A stretch of 54,027 nt of DNA from an uncultured Burkholderiales bacterium (GTDB taxonomy: Bacteria; Pseudomonadota; Gammaproteobacteria; Burkholderiales; SHXO01), in contig CAYLTE010000004.1 in assembly GCA_964386195.1 (NCBI GenBank), positions 1-54,027 of the forward strand, read 5' to 3'. Positions 25,686 through 34,662 of the stretch are shown here, piece after piece (positions within the stretch are counted from its first letter, which is position 1; the number at the start of each line of letters is the position of its first letter). The notes beneath the pieces are model-generated. The model saw nothing but the letters and a program-made list of their open reading frames with translations, did no database searches and was not told the origin of the DNA. A program made the translations under genes and the position numbers.

Positions 25686-26330
25686 TCAGCCCGCGACCAG
25701 CGTCCCGTAATACTCGGCGATGCCGTCCAGTACGAACTGCACGGCCAGTGCGGCCAGGATCAGGCCGAGCACACGGGTGACGATGTGGATGCGCTGCTCG
25801 CCGAGGCGATGCATGAGCACGTCCGCCACGCGTAGCACGGCCCACGACACAGCGTAGACCGCGACCGTCGCGGCAGCCAGGGCGAACACGCCGCCGCGCG
25901 TGCCTTCCGCCCGGCTGGCGAGCAGCAGGACCGAGGCGATCGCGCCCGGACCGCATAGCAGGGGGATGGCGAGCGGGAACACCGCCACGTCATCCCCCTC
26001 ACGCCCGACCTGTCCGTGCTCTGGGCCCTGCAGCACCGGGCGATGGCCGAACAGCATCGGCATTGCCGTGGCGAACAGCAGGATGCCGCCGCTGATGGCG
26101 AAGGCGTGCACGGTCACGCCCAGCAGTTGCAACAGGGCGCGGCCGGCGAGCAGGAAGAACAGCGTCACGACGAGCGCGATGAACACCGCGCGGGCGAGCG
26201 TGGTGCGCCGCGTCTCGCCGGGTTGTTCGTGGGTCATCGCGACGAACATCGGCGCGACGCCGATCGGATCGACCACGACCAGCAGGGTCACGAAGGCGGT
26301 CAGCAGCAGGCGCAGCAGTTCGGTGTCCAT
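25686..26330 (-). CDS. MarC-family integral membrane protein
   Basis: 214 aa. FVTLLVVVDPIGVAPMFVAMT, and polytopic throughout. Confidence 0.8.
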   Translation of the reverse strand: MDTELLRLLLTAFVTLLVVVDPIGVAPMFVAMTHEQPGETRRTTLARAVFIALVVTLFFLLAGRALLQLLGVTVHAFAISGGILLFATAMPMLFGHRPVLQGPEHGQVGREGDDVAVFPLAIPLLCGPGAIASVLLLASRAEGTRGGVFALAAATVAVYAVSWAVLRVADVLMHRLGEQRIHIVTRVLGLILAALAVQFVLDGIAEYYGTLVAG

Positions 26331-26418
26331 GCGCGATTGTGCGCAAAATGGGCGTTCGTGTATAACCTGTGTCGAACCGCCCGTTTATGTCTTGTCGAAC
26401 TGACCCAGCGGAGACGCC

Positions 26419-27612
26419 ATGCCGCGCCCGATGACCACCGGTGCCCTCTCGCACCTTCGCATTCTCGATCTCAGCCAGGTGCGGGCGGGGCCTACCTGCG
26501 TGCGTCAGTTCGCCGACTTCGGCGCCGACGTGATCAAGATCGAGGCACCGGCGAGCAGCGGCCGGCCGGAGCTGGCGACCGGCCCGCGGCTGGGCGCGGA
26601 CATGCAGAATCTGCACCGCAACAAGCGTGCGCTCACGCTCAACCTGAAGAGCGAAGGCGGGCTTCAGGTGTTTCGCAAGCTGGTGGAGACGGCCGACGTG
26701 GTGGTCGAGAACTTCCGTCCAGACGTCAAGCACCGCCTGGGCATCGACTACGAACGGCTGGCGCAGATCAATCCCCGCATCGTCCTGGCCAGCATCTCCG
26801 GCTTCGGGCAGGACGGTCCCTACCGCGATCGCCCCGGCTTCGACCAGATCGCCCAGGGCATGAGCGGGCTGATGTCGGTGACCGGCCAGCCCGGCGGCCC
26901 ACCCACCCGGGCGGGTGCTGCGGTGGTGGACATGGCAGCGGGGCTGTTCGCCGCGCTCGCCGTGATGACCGCCTTGCTCGAGCGCGAGCAAAGCGGGCGC
27001 GGACAGTGGGTGCAGTCCTCGCTGCTGCATGCCGGCGTGGCGCTGATGGACTTCCAGGCCGCCCGCCACCTGATCGGCGGCGAGGTGCCCAAGCCCATGG
27101 GCAACGACCATCCCACGAGCATGCCCACCTCTGCGTATCCCACGCAGGACGGCTACATCAATGTCGCTTCGACCGGCAGCCAGATGTGGCAGCGCCTGTG
27201 TGCGACGATCGGACGGGAGGATCTGCTGGCGCGCGAGGAGTTCTCCGACGAGGCGGGCCGCTCGAAGAACCGCGCGCAGCTCAACGCGGAACTGTCGCAG
27301 GCGCTTCGCGCGCGCACCAGTGCCGACTGGATCGAACGCCTCAACGCCGCGGGCATTCCGTGCGGCCCGATCTACACCATGGATCAGGTGTTCGCCGACG
27401 AGCAGGTGCGCCACCTCGGCATCGCCGCGCCGGTGTCGCACCCGGAGCTGGGCGAGATCAGCGTCATCAAGAACGCCGCTCAACTGACGCGCACCCCGCC
27501 GCAGGTGGCCACGCCGCTTCCCGCAGCCGGCGAACACAACGACGAGATATTGCGCGAACTCGGCTACGACGCGGCGCAGATCGAGGCGCTGCGGGCCGAG
27601 GGGGCGATCTGA
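26419..27612 (+). CDS. class III (CaiB/BaiF) CoA-transferase
   Basis: 397 aa. LSHLRILDLSQVRAGPTCVRQFADFGADVIKIE...ENFRPDV...GFDQIAQGMSGLMSVTG. Confidence 0.9.
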   Translation: MPRPMTTGALSHLRILDLSQVRAGPTCVRQFADFGADVIKIEAPASSGRPELATGPRLGADMQNLHRNKRALTLNLKSEGGLQVFRKLVETADVVVENFRPDVKHRLGIDYERLAQINPRIVLASISGFGQDGPYRDRPGFDQIAQGMSGLMSVTGQPGGPPTRAGAAVVDMAAGLFAALAVMTALLEREQSGRGQWVQSSLLHAGVALMDFQAARHLIGGEVPKPMGNDHPTSMPTSAYPTQDGYINVASTGSQMWQRLCATIGREDLLAREEFSDEAGRSKNRAQLNAELSQALRARTSADWIERLNAAGIPCGPIYTMDQVFADEQVRHLGIAAPVSHPELGEISVIKNAAQLTRTPPQVATPLPAAGEHNDEILRELGYDAAQIEALRAEGAI

Positions 27613-27633
27613 CCGAAAGAATTACTGAACCAC

Positions 27634-27732
27634 GAACCGCAAAGACCGCGAAGGACGCAAAGGAATGCCGGGTGGTTGGCGCAACAGTCGTTTTTCTTTG
27701 CGCGCTTTGCGGCCTTCGCGTTTAGCGCTTTG
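27634..27732. repeat. intergenic cluster of CGCAAAG / CGCGAAGG units in both orientations (long imperfect stem-loop)
   Basis: Forward units at 27637-27644, 27646-27654 and 27655-27663. Reverse units (CTTTGCG, CTTTGCGG, CCTTCGCG, CGCTTTG) between 27696 and 27732. Several 7-8-bp perfect pairings are possible. It lies between the CoA-transferase and hydratase genes. Confidence 0.6.
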
Positions 27733-27756
27733 TAGTTCACTCTACGGCATGAGCAA

Positions 27757-28539
27757 ATGAGCAACGAAGGAAAACTGATTGTCGAGCGCGACGGCCCCGT
27801 GGGCCGCGTGATCTTCTCCAACCCCGACAAGCGCAATGCCATGTCCCTGGCGATGTGGCAGGCGCTTCCGCGCGCTATGCGCGAGCTTGATGAGGACGCT
27901 TCCGTGCGCGTGGTCGTGCTGGAAGGGGCGGGCGACAAGGCCTTCGTCGCCGGCGCGGACATCTCGCAGTTCGAGAAGGTCCGTCTCGATCCGCAGGCGC
28001 GGCGCCAGTACGACGACACGGTGGACGCCGGCTATGCAGCCGCCATCGGCTGCAGCAAGCCGGTGGTGGCGAAGATCCGCGGATTCTGCGTGGGCGGCGG
28101 ACTGGGTATCGCAGCCTCGTGCGACGTACGCATCTGCGCGGACGACGCGCGCTTCCGCATGCCGGCCGGGCGGCTGGGGCTGGGCTACAACCTCGAGGGC
28201 ATCAAGCGCTTCATCGATCTGATCGGCCCGCAGAACACCTGCGACCTGTTCTTCTCGGCGCGCATGATCGACGCAGCCGAGGCGCAGCGCATGGGCTTCG
28301 TCTCGCACGTGGTGCCGGCGAACCAGCTCGACAGCGACGTGAGCAAGTGGGCGCATCTCGTCGCAGAGAACGCGCCGCTCACCCTGCGTGCGGCAAAGAC
28401 GGCAGTCAACGCCCTGCTGTCGCAGTCGGGGACAGGCGCGGTCGACGAGGCCATCGAGCGCTGCTTCACCAGCGAGGACTATCGCGAGGGCGTGCGTGCG
28501 TTCATGGAGAAGCGCGAGCCTCGTTTCACGGGGCGTTGA
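27757..28539 (+). CDS. enoyl-CoA hydratase/isomerase (crotonase) family protein
   Basis: 260 aa. VVLEGAGDKAFVAGADISQF...KPVVAKIRGFCVGGGLGIAASCD.R...F.MPAGRLGLG. Confidence 0.9.
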   Translation: MSNEGKLIVERDGPVGRVIFSNPDKRNAMSLAMWQALPRAMRELDEDASVRVVVLEGAGDKAFVAGADISQFEKVRLDPQARRQYDDTVDAGYAAAIGCSKPVVAKIRGFCVGGGLGIAASCDVRICADDARFRMPAGRLGLGYNLEGIKRFIDLIGPQNTCDLFFSARMIDAAEAQRMGFVSHVVPANQLDSDVSKWAHLVAENAPLTLRAAKTAVNALLSQSGTGAVDEAIERCFTSEDYREGVRAFMEKREPRFTGR

Positions 28540-28543
28540 CCCG

Positions 28544-29380
28544 GTGACTGCGCTGAGCGCCACGCTGATCGAGCGCTACCGTCGGGACGGGCTGATCGTC
28601 TCGCCGGATGCGCTGTCCTCCGCGCTGCTCGCGCGCATGCGCGACGCGTTGGAGCGCCTGCTCGATGGACGGGCCGAGATCCCGCCCGAGAGCCTGATCT
28701 GTCCGCATCCTCCCTGCGGCGAGGCGCACGACGACGCGGCGGCGAAGGAGTGGCTGTCGTTCTGCACGCACCCCGAACTGCTCGACAAGGTAGAGCAGCT
28801 GATCGGACCCGACATCGTGCTGTGGGGTTCGCAGGTGTTCTGCAAGCCCGCGCGGGTCGGGCGGGAGGTGCCCTGGCACCAGGACGGACAGTACTGGCCA
28901 ATTCGTCCGCTGGCAACGTGCTCGGCGTGGATCGCGCTGGACGACGTGGATGCGGACAACGGCTGCATGCGCTTCATTCCTGGCTCGCACCGCAGCGGCA
29001 GCATTCACGCGCATCGGGTGAGCGATCGCAAGGACGTCGTGCTGAACCAGGAGATCGAGCCGACGCTGCTCGACGAAGGCCAGGCGCGCGACGACTCCCT
29101 GCGCGCGGGGCAGTTCTCGCTGCACGACGTGTTCCTCGTGCACGGCTCGCGCGCGAACCGCTCGCCGCGTCGCCGTGCAGGCTTCGTCGTCCGTTACATG
29201 CCGGCGACCTCGCAGTTCGACCGTTCCGTCGTGCGCGCGCAGTCGCAGGCCGGCGTGGCCTTCGATCTGAGCCGGCGCCCGATCTGGCTGGTGCGCGGGC
29301 AGGACCGTGCCGGGAACGACTTCCAGGTCGGCCACGGCGAGGACTATCGCCTGGTTCCGCGCGCGTCCGACGACGCCTAG
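28544..29380 (+). CDS. phytanoyl-CoA dioxygenase (PhyH) family Fe(II)/2OG oxygenase
   Basis: ORF 28388..29380 trimmed to the GTG at 28544, 4 nt after the hydratase stop (VTALSATLIERYRRDGLIV...). VPWHQDGQYW (HxD), AWIALDDVDADNGCMRFIPGSH, LHDVFLVHGSRANRS..RRAG. The start is uncertain. Confidence 0.8.
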   Translation: MTALSATLIERYRRDGLIVSPDALSSALLARMRDALERLLDGRAEIPPESLICPHPPCGEAHDDAAAKEWLSFCTHPELLDKVEQLIGPDIVLWGSQVFCKPARVGREVPWHQDGQYWPIRPLATCSAWIALDDVDADNGCMRFIPGSHRSGSIHAHRVSDRKDVVLNQEIEPTLLDEGQARDDSLRAGQFSLHDVFLVHGSRANRSPRRRAGFVVRYMPATSQFDRSVVRAQSQAGVAFDLSRRPIWLVRGQDRAGNDFQVGHGEDYRLVPRASDDA

Positions 29381-29388
29381 AAACGAAA

Positions 29389-29410
29389 ACGGGGACCCGA
29401 AGGTCCCCGT
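29389..29410 (-). terminator. intrinsic terminator for the amidohydrolase gene
   Basis: On the minus strand: ACGGGGACC-TTCG-GGTCCCCGT followed by TTTCGTTT. That is a 9-bp GC stem, a UUCG loop and a U-rich tail. It sits between convergent genes. On the plus strand the tail is not U-rich. Confidence 0.65.
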
Positions 29411-29430
29411 CGAAGTGCGACGCGCTATCC

Positions 29431-30957
29431 TCAGACCGTGGTCTTCGGCTTGCCGATGTAGCCGTAGAAGGCGTTGTTGCGCTCGCCACCGGTGCGCTCG
29501 TAGATCTCCTTCATCTGCGCGAGCTTGTCGGTGCCGATGTTCTCGTACTCGGCCTTGATCTTGTAGTTGTAGATCTTGGCGGAGTTCTCGCCGAAGATCA
29601 TGCGCTTGACCTTGCTGTCGGCATCGCCGAGCTTGGTCTTCCAGCCGTGCTTCTTCATCATGTCGTCGGGAATCTCGAGGCGGCGAAAGGCCTCGATCTG
29701 CCACTGCGGCGACCCGTACCACACCGAGTCCGTGCCCCACACGACGTGGTCGGCGCCCAGGCCGTTCACCAGCGCACCGACGATGGCGGCCGCGAAGCGC
29801 GGGTTGGCCACGGCCGAGGTGGCGAAGGTGGTGCCTAGTTCGCCGTACACGTTGTTGACGCCGTGCTCCTCGCGCATGCGCGCCAGGTCGGTGACCCAGC
29901 GGATCTCGCCGGTCTTCTCGAACAGGTCGAGTTCGTAGGACGGATCCTCGAGGAAGGGACGCAGGGCGCCGTGGTAGATGACGAAGTTGAGCTGCGGCCA
30001 ATCCTTCGCGGCCTTCGGCACGTCGTCGACGGTGGCGTACTTCCACACGCCGGGCCAGGACTGTTCGTAGTCGCGCGGCAGCAGGCCCTTGTGGATACAG
30101 ATGGTGCGGATGCCCGACTTCACCGCCTTCTCGTACCACGGATAGACGAGCTTCTCGTCGTCCAGGCGCCAGGCGGTGCCCTTCGAGGACGGTGACAGCG
30201 GGTCGCCGATCGTGTAGCCCTTCCAGGAGTCGGGCTTGTAGTCGGAAATGGCCTTGTCCACCTCCTCCATCCAGCCGGGCGTGCCCGGCGTGACGACGGT
30301 GTGCGAGAACAGCCGACGGGTCCCTGCCACGGAATTGACCGTCGCACGTGCGTCGCGCAGCTGGTCGTTGAACAGCAGGTACCAGCTCGGATCGTCGAAC
30401 GGCGCGCTGGACAGCAGGGCCACCTTGGTGTCGCTGTCCATGAAGATTTCCTTCAGGTAGTTCTCGAACTTGTACCGCGCCAAGGTCATCGGCGTATCGG
30501 CCATCTTCGGGTTCCAGTGCTCGAGCGCGTACTTGCCCAGCCCGAGCAGGCCTTCCTTGTCGAAGTCGTCGCGCACGAAGTGCGTCTGGTCGTCGAAGAT
30601 GAACTGCTTGGACAGCTTCTTGGCGCGCGCGTCCGACATCTCCTTGTCGGCTGCCTCGGCCTCGCTTACGTCCCACACCGGACCGAACACCTGGTTCATC
30701 GCCAGGAAGGCTGCGGCGAAGCCCGATGCCGACTTCAGGAACGCGCGCCGGTCTACGCCCTGGTGCTTGGCGTATTTCTCGCTGTACTCCTTGATCAGCG
30801 CTTCGACCTTGCGCTGCGCTTCGGTCTGTGGCGGCGGGTTGTACTCGCCGTTGGACACGATCTGCGTCGGAACGGGCGAGCGGAACGCCGCCTTGTCCGC
30901 CGGAAGAACTTCTTCGAGTTCCTTGTCCGACAACCAACCTGCTGGTCTTTCACTCAT
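29431..30957 (-). CDS. amidohydrolase-superfamily (TIM-barrel metal hydrolase) protein with an internal twin-arginine/hydrophobic segment
   Basis: ORF trimmed to the ATG at 30955-30957, preceded by GGGGGAG (MSERPAGWLSDKELEE...). DRRAFLKSASGFAAAFLAMNQV sits about 75 residues in. The C-terminal part (ICIHKGL, NFVIYHGA, VVWGTDSVWYGSPQWQIEAF) resembles amidohydrolase_2-type proteins. Confidence 0.75.
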   Translation of the reverse strand: MSERPAGWLSDKELEEVLPADKAAFRSPVPTQIVSNGEYNPPPQTEAQRKVEALIKEYSEKYAKHQGVDRRAFLKSASGFAAAFLAMNQVFGPVWDVSEAEAADKEMSDARAKKLSKQFIFDDQTHFVRDDFDKEGLLGLGKYALEHWNPKMADTPMTLARYKFENYLKEIFMDSDTKVALLSSAPFDDPSWYLLFNDQLRDARATVNSVAGTRRLFSHTVVTPGTPGWMEEVDKAISDYKPDSWKGYTIGDPLSPSSKGTAWRLDDEKLVYPWYEKAVKSGIRTICIHKGLLPRDYEQSWPGVWKYATVDDVPKAAKDWPQLNFVIYHGALRPFLEDPSYELDLFEKTGEIRWVTDLARMREEHGVNNVYGELGTTFATSAVANPRFAAAIVGALVNGLGADHVVWGTDSVWYGSPQWQIEAFRRLEIPDDMMKKHGWKTKLGDADSKVKRMIFGENSAKIYNYKIKAEYENIGTDKLAQMKEIYERTGGERNNAFYGYIGKPKTTV

Positions 30958-31136
30958 GAGTGACTCCCCCACGTGTTGATCTGCTATAAAGCCGGATTCA
31001 CGCCGCGGCTGGCTTCGCGCGTCAGGACAGCGAAATAAGACGTGGCGTGCCGGAATGCGATATTTCGCGCGCTCGGGCAGGTCTGTCAAGCGTTAGTTGA
31101 CGCTCGCGCCGGCTCCTTCTTCACCTCCCATTCCTG

Positions 31137-32228
31137 GTGCGTCCTCGCATGAAGCTGCCCCCCGATCCTCGCTGCTCTGCAGCACCGAACGGCGATCCAT
31201 TCGTGGAAGCGGCGCTGGCTACGCCTGCCGCGTCTGCCGCGCTGCAATCCGGAAATGTCGAGGGACCGCTTTCCAGCCTGGCGCGCCGCTATGCCGATGC
31301 GCTGGACGCCGGCAAGGAGACTGCGCTTCGCGCCGCCCTGGATGCCGCGCCGTCATCTGGCGTGTGGCGCACCATGGCGGCAGGCGTCGACCGCGCGATC
31401 ACACCCGATTCGGCTGCGGTGGGCGCGCGCCTGTTCGCGATTCCCGTTGCCATCGTTGCAGCTGCCGCAGGGGGCGGGCGCGTGTCCGCGGTGCTCTCCG
31501 ACGTGCAGCGGCTCGCCGAGGTGTTGCGCGAGAATCGCGCACTCGGACCGCTGGCGCACTTCGGATTGAGCAACGCGCTGTGCGCGCCCGCTGCACTCGC
31601 CGCCCTGTCGTGGAAGAAGGCGCGCGCGTTCGCGCTGGCCGCCGGGCAGGTGGACCTCGACGGCGGTTGGTCGGACCTGCCGCCCGAGGACATCGAGCTG
31701 ACCGGCGGCGACGAGCAGGTACATCTGCGCTTCCTGATGGGTGCTGCGGTGGCGCCGCCCGGCGCCCCGACGTTTCTCGAGACCGCATCGGCCATCGCCA
31801 CCTGGGGCATGCCGTTCACGCGCGAGCTCTCCGCGCAGCTGCACACCGACGGTGCCAGCGTCGTCGCCATCCCGCGCCCGCCGGCAACGCTCCTGGCCGC
31901 GCAGGCGGCCGGCTTCACCGCCGCCGAGGAACTGGCGCTGCAGGCTTTCGTCAGTCGCGAGCTGCGCCGGTTCCGCAGCGAAGTGGGCGAGCCGGACGTG
32001 AGCCTCGCCGCGTTGAGCGAGGGGGCGCTCGGCGTGCGCTTCGCGTCGCCGTTCATCGAGAACCGGGTGTTCGTGCACGTGCGCCGGCTGCATCCCGCCG
32101 AGGCGTGGGACGAGGTGCTGCGCGAGGTGGTTCAACTGCTCGAGGAGTGCCGCATCGAGGACCTGCGCGTGGAGGCGCACCCGATGAGCCTCGACCAGTT
32201 CCGCGACGGGACCGGCGCGCCCCACTGA
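31137..32228 (+). CDS. hypothetical Ala-rich protein (363 aa), no family recognised
   Basis: This is the only frame here with protein-like composition. The antisense and alternative frames are Arg/Ala/Pro junk. GTG at 31137, alternative ATG at 31149 (MKLPPD...). It ends 32 nt from the convergent hydrolase gene. Confidence 0.5.
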   Translation: MRPRMKLPPDPRCSAAPNGDPFVEAALATPAASAALQSGNVEGPLSSLARRYADALDAGKETALRAALDAAPSSGVWRTMAAGVDRAITPDSAAVGARLFAIPVAIVAAAAGGGRVSAVLSDVQRLAEVLRENRALGPLAHFGLSNALCAPAALAALSWKKARAFALAAGQVDLDGGWSDLPPEDIELTGGDEQVHLRFLMGAAVAPPGAPTFLETASAIATWGMPFTRELSAQLHTDGASVVAIPRPPATLLAAQAAGFTAAEELALQAFVSRELRRFRSEVGEPDVSLAALSEGALGVRFASPFIENRVFVHVRRLHPAEAWDEVLREVVQLLEECRIEDLRVEAHPMSLDQFRDGTGAPH

Positions 32229-32260
32229 GCGGGTGGCAGCGCCGGCGCTCGCGCGCACCG

Positions 32261-33337
32261 TCAGCGGTTAAGCGGTGCGGGCTCGTCCAGAAACAGCTGC
32301 ACTTCGCGCAGCAGCTGCATGCGGTTGCGCTCCATGATCACCGTGTGCGTGCCTTCGCCGATCACGACCAGCCGCTTCCACGGTGCGTTCTCCAGCAGTC
32401 CGAACAGCGCCTGCGCCATGTAGCCGGGCGTGTCCTGGTCCCACTCGCCGTGGATCAGCAGCGTCGGCGCCCGGATGGCACGCGGGTCGTAGTAAGGCCG
32501 CTGCGCCGCCCAGTACTCGCGCACGTCCTGGATCACGCCGTTGGGCGCGCGCAGCACCGGCGGATTCCACTTCACGCTGTCGGGATCGGTCGCCCAGGTC
32601 GCCTTCGCCCACGCCTCGAACCAGCCCTCGGGAATGAGATCCGCCTGCGCCTGCGCAGGCACGCCGTTCAGCCAGCGCTTGCGTGCCTGCTCCTGGCTGA
32701 CCTGGCGGTAGGCGCCCAGCGGTCCGTCGCTGCCGATCAGCGACGGCGTCTGGCGCAGCCACAACGGTGCGTAGAGCACCAGGCGCTGCACTGTCTCCGG
32801 GTTCGCGGCCGCGAAGGTGCCCATGATCGACGTGCCCCACGACCACCCGAGCAGACTCAGCCGTTCCAGCTTGCGCCGCGCCAGCACGTGCTCGACGGCA
32901 CTGCCGACGTCGCGTACCGCGACTGCGGTGTCGACGATCGGCGCGTTCTGTTCGGCCGGCTGCGCCATCTCCGGGGGGCGGGTCGAACGGCCATAGCCAC
33001 GCAGGTCCACCAGATAGACGTCCCAGCCGTGGCAGGCGATGAAGTCCATCCAGGACAGCCCGTCGAGCACCAGATCGAAGGCCGTCTCCGACGGATAGGT
33101 CGCGCCGTGCACGTACAGCAGCGTGCGCTGCGCGGAGAACGTCTTCAGATCGGCCGGGCGCTTGTTGCGCACGTACAGCGAGATGCCGGGAGTGTCGGAG
33201 GCGATGGTGTAGCTCTCGCTCTCCAGGCGCCGTTCCCCGGTGCCTGCCGCCGCGCAGGGGGAGGCGGCCGAGGCGTCGGGAAGGACAACGCCAACGGTCA
33301 GGACGAATGCGAGGGCACGAGCGAAGGGTACGGGCAT
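32261..33337 (-). CDS. secreted alpha/beta-fold hydrolase
   Basis: ORF 32261..34480 trimmed to the ATG at 33335-33337 (MPVPFARALAFVLTVGVVLPDASA...). HGATY, the nucleophile elbow LLGWSWGTS (GxSxG), and a C-terminal EGTHTV histidine. Confidence 0.8.
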   Translation of the reverse strand: MPVPFARALAFVLTVGVVLPDASAASPCAAAGTGERRLESESYTIASDTPGISLYVRNKRPADLKTFSAQRTLLYVHGATYPSETAFDLVLDGLSWMDFIACHGWDVYLVDLRGYGRSTRPPEMAQPAEQNAPIVDTAVAVRDVGSAVEHVLARRKLERLSLLGWSWGTSIMGTFAAANPETVQRLVLYAPLWLRQTPSLIGSDGPLGAYRQVSQEQARKRWLNGVPAQAQADLIPEGWFEAWAKATWATDPDSVKWNPPVLRAPNGVIQDVREYWAAQRPYYDPRAIRAPTLLIHGEWDQDTPGYMAQALFGLLENAPWKRLVVIGEGTHTVIMERNRMQLLREVQLFLDEPAPLNR

Positions 33338-33433
33338 GTCGAACGGCTCCGGGGAGCGGATGGATGAATGCAAGCATGCCAGAACGCGGCCGTGGGGCGC
33401 GGGCGGATCGGCGCCAGCGCTTAGAATGACGAG

Positions 33434-34429
33434 ATGGACGACGAAACTGCTACTGCGCATCCCTACGAACGCCTCACGCCCCACCTCATCCTCGACGCGG
33501 TGGACAGCACCGGCGTGCGCAGCGACGGCCGGCTGCTGGCGCTGAACAGCTTCGAGAACCGCGTCTACCAGGTCGGCATCGAGGACGCGCAGCCGCTCAT
33601 CGTCAAGTTCTATCGCCCGCAGCGCTGGTCGGACGACGCCATCCTCGAGGAGCACGAGTTCGCGCTCGCGCTCGAGGAGGCAGAGCTTCCGGTGGTCGCG
33701 CCTCTCGCATCCGGCGGGCGCACACTCCACGAATTCGACGGCTTCCGCTTTACGCTGTATCCGCGCCAGCGAGGACGTGCGCCGGAACTCGAATCGCAGG
33801 ACACGCTGTCCTGGATGGGTCGATTCATCGCGCGCATCCACGCCGTCGGCGCACTGCGTCCGTTCGCGCACCGGCCCACGCTCGACATCCGCTCGTTCGG
33901 CGACCAGCCGATGGAATACGTGATCGAGCACGGTTTCGTGCCGGCGGACCTGCGTCCGGCATACGAGAGCCTGGTGCCGCAACTGCTCGCCCGCATACGT
34001 CAGGACTTTGACGAAACCGGGCCGGTCGCGCACCTGCGGCTGCACGGCGACTGTCATCCGGGAAACGTGCTGTGGTCGGACGACGGGCCGCACTTCGTCG
34101 ACCTCGACGATGCGCGCATGGGGCCCGCGGTGCAGGATCTGTGGATGCTCCTCTCCGGCGAGCGCGAGGTGCGTGCGCAGCAGTTGCGCTGGGTGCTCGA
34201 CGGCTACTGGGAATTCGCCGAGTTCGACCTGCGCGAGCTGCGCCTGATCGAGGCGCTGCGCACGCTGCGCATGATCCACTATGCCGGATGGCTGGCGCTT
34301 CGCTGGGGCGATCCCGCGTTTCCCGCCGCCTTCCCCTGGTTCAATACTCAGCGCTACTGGCAGGACCACATCCTCGCCCTGCGCGAGCAGGCCGCTGCGC
34401 TCGACGAGGCTCCGCTCGCGCTGCGCTGA
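33434..34429 (+). CDS. srkA: stress-response serine/threonine kinase SrkA (YihE/RdoA family)
   Basis: 331 aa, colinear with E. coli SrkA. Matching segments: LNSFENRVYQV......VKFYRP.RWS...ILEEH.FAL.L...E.PVVAP, RLHGDCHPGNVLW.D.GP.FVDLDDARMGPAVQDLWMLL, FPWF....YW. Confidence 0.9.
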   Translation: MDDETATAHPYERLTPHLILDAVDSTGVRSDGRLLALNSFENRVYQVGIEDAQPLIVKFYRPQRWSDDAILEEHEFALALEEAELPVVAPLASGGRTLHEFDGFRFTLYPRQRGRAPELESQDTLSWMGRFIARIHAVGALRPFAHRPTLDIRSFGDQPMEYVIEHGFVPADLRPAYESLVPQLLARIRQDFDETGPVAHLRLHGDCHPGNVLWSDDGPHFVDLDDARMGPAVQDLWMLLSGEREVRAQQLRWVLDGYWEFAEFDLRELRLIEALRTLRMIHYAGWLALRWGDPAFPAAFPWFNTQRYWQDHILALREQAAALDEAPLALR

Positions 34430-34662
34430 GTCGCGGGCATGACCCTTGCGCTGGGACCTCGCAACGAATCGGTGGTGCATGCGCCAGGAGACAGTCCGAG
34501 GGGGTCGGGGAATTCCCGGCGTCCCGGGAAACGGCTTGACGTCGCGTGACCCCCTGATTACAGTGCTTTCGCCTATTGCCGACGGATAAGTTTTACAAGT
34601 ACAAGTTCGGCGCGGTTCGCGGGGCCATGGGAGGCGGCTCAGGACCAGTGCCGACGGAGGGC

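Noticed and set aside
19950-25700. Genomic island containing the tandem-domain protein, amidase and STAND regulator (it looks slightly less GC-rich by eye).
   Set aside because: I found no integrase, transposase, tRNA or flanking direct repeats, and I cannot compute GC reliably by hand. It is mentioned only as a compositional impression inside the regulator finding.
29431-30957. Horizontal acquisition of the amidohydrolase gene, based on its A-rich look.
   Set aside because: Hand translation shows third codon positions remain G/C-rich. The A content comes from abundant Lys/Glu/Asp/Tyr/Asn residues, meaning it reflects amino-acid composition rather than foreign codon usage.
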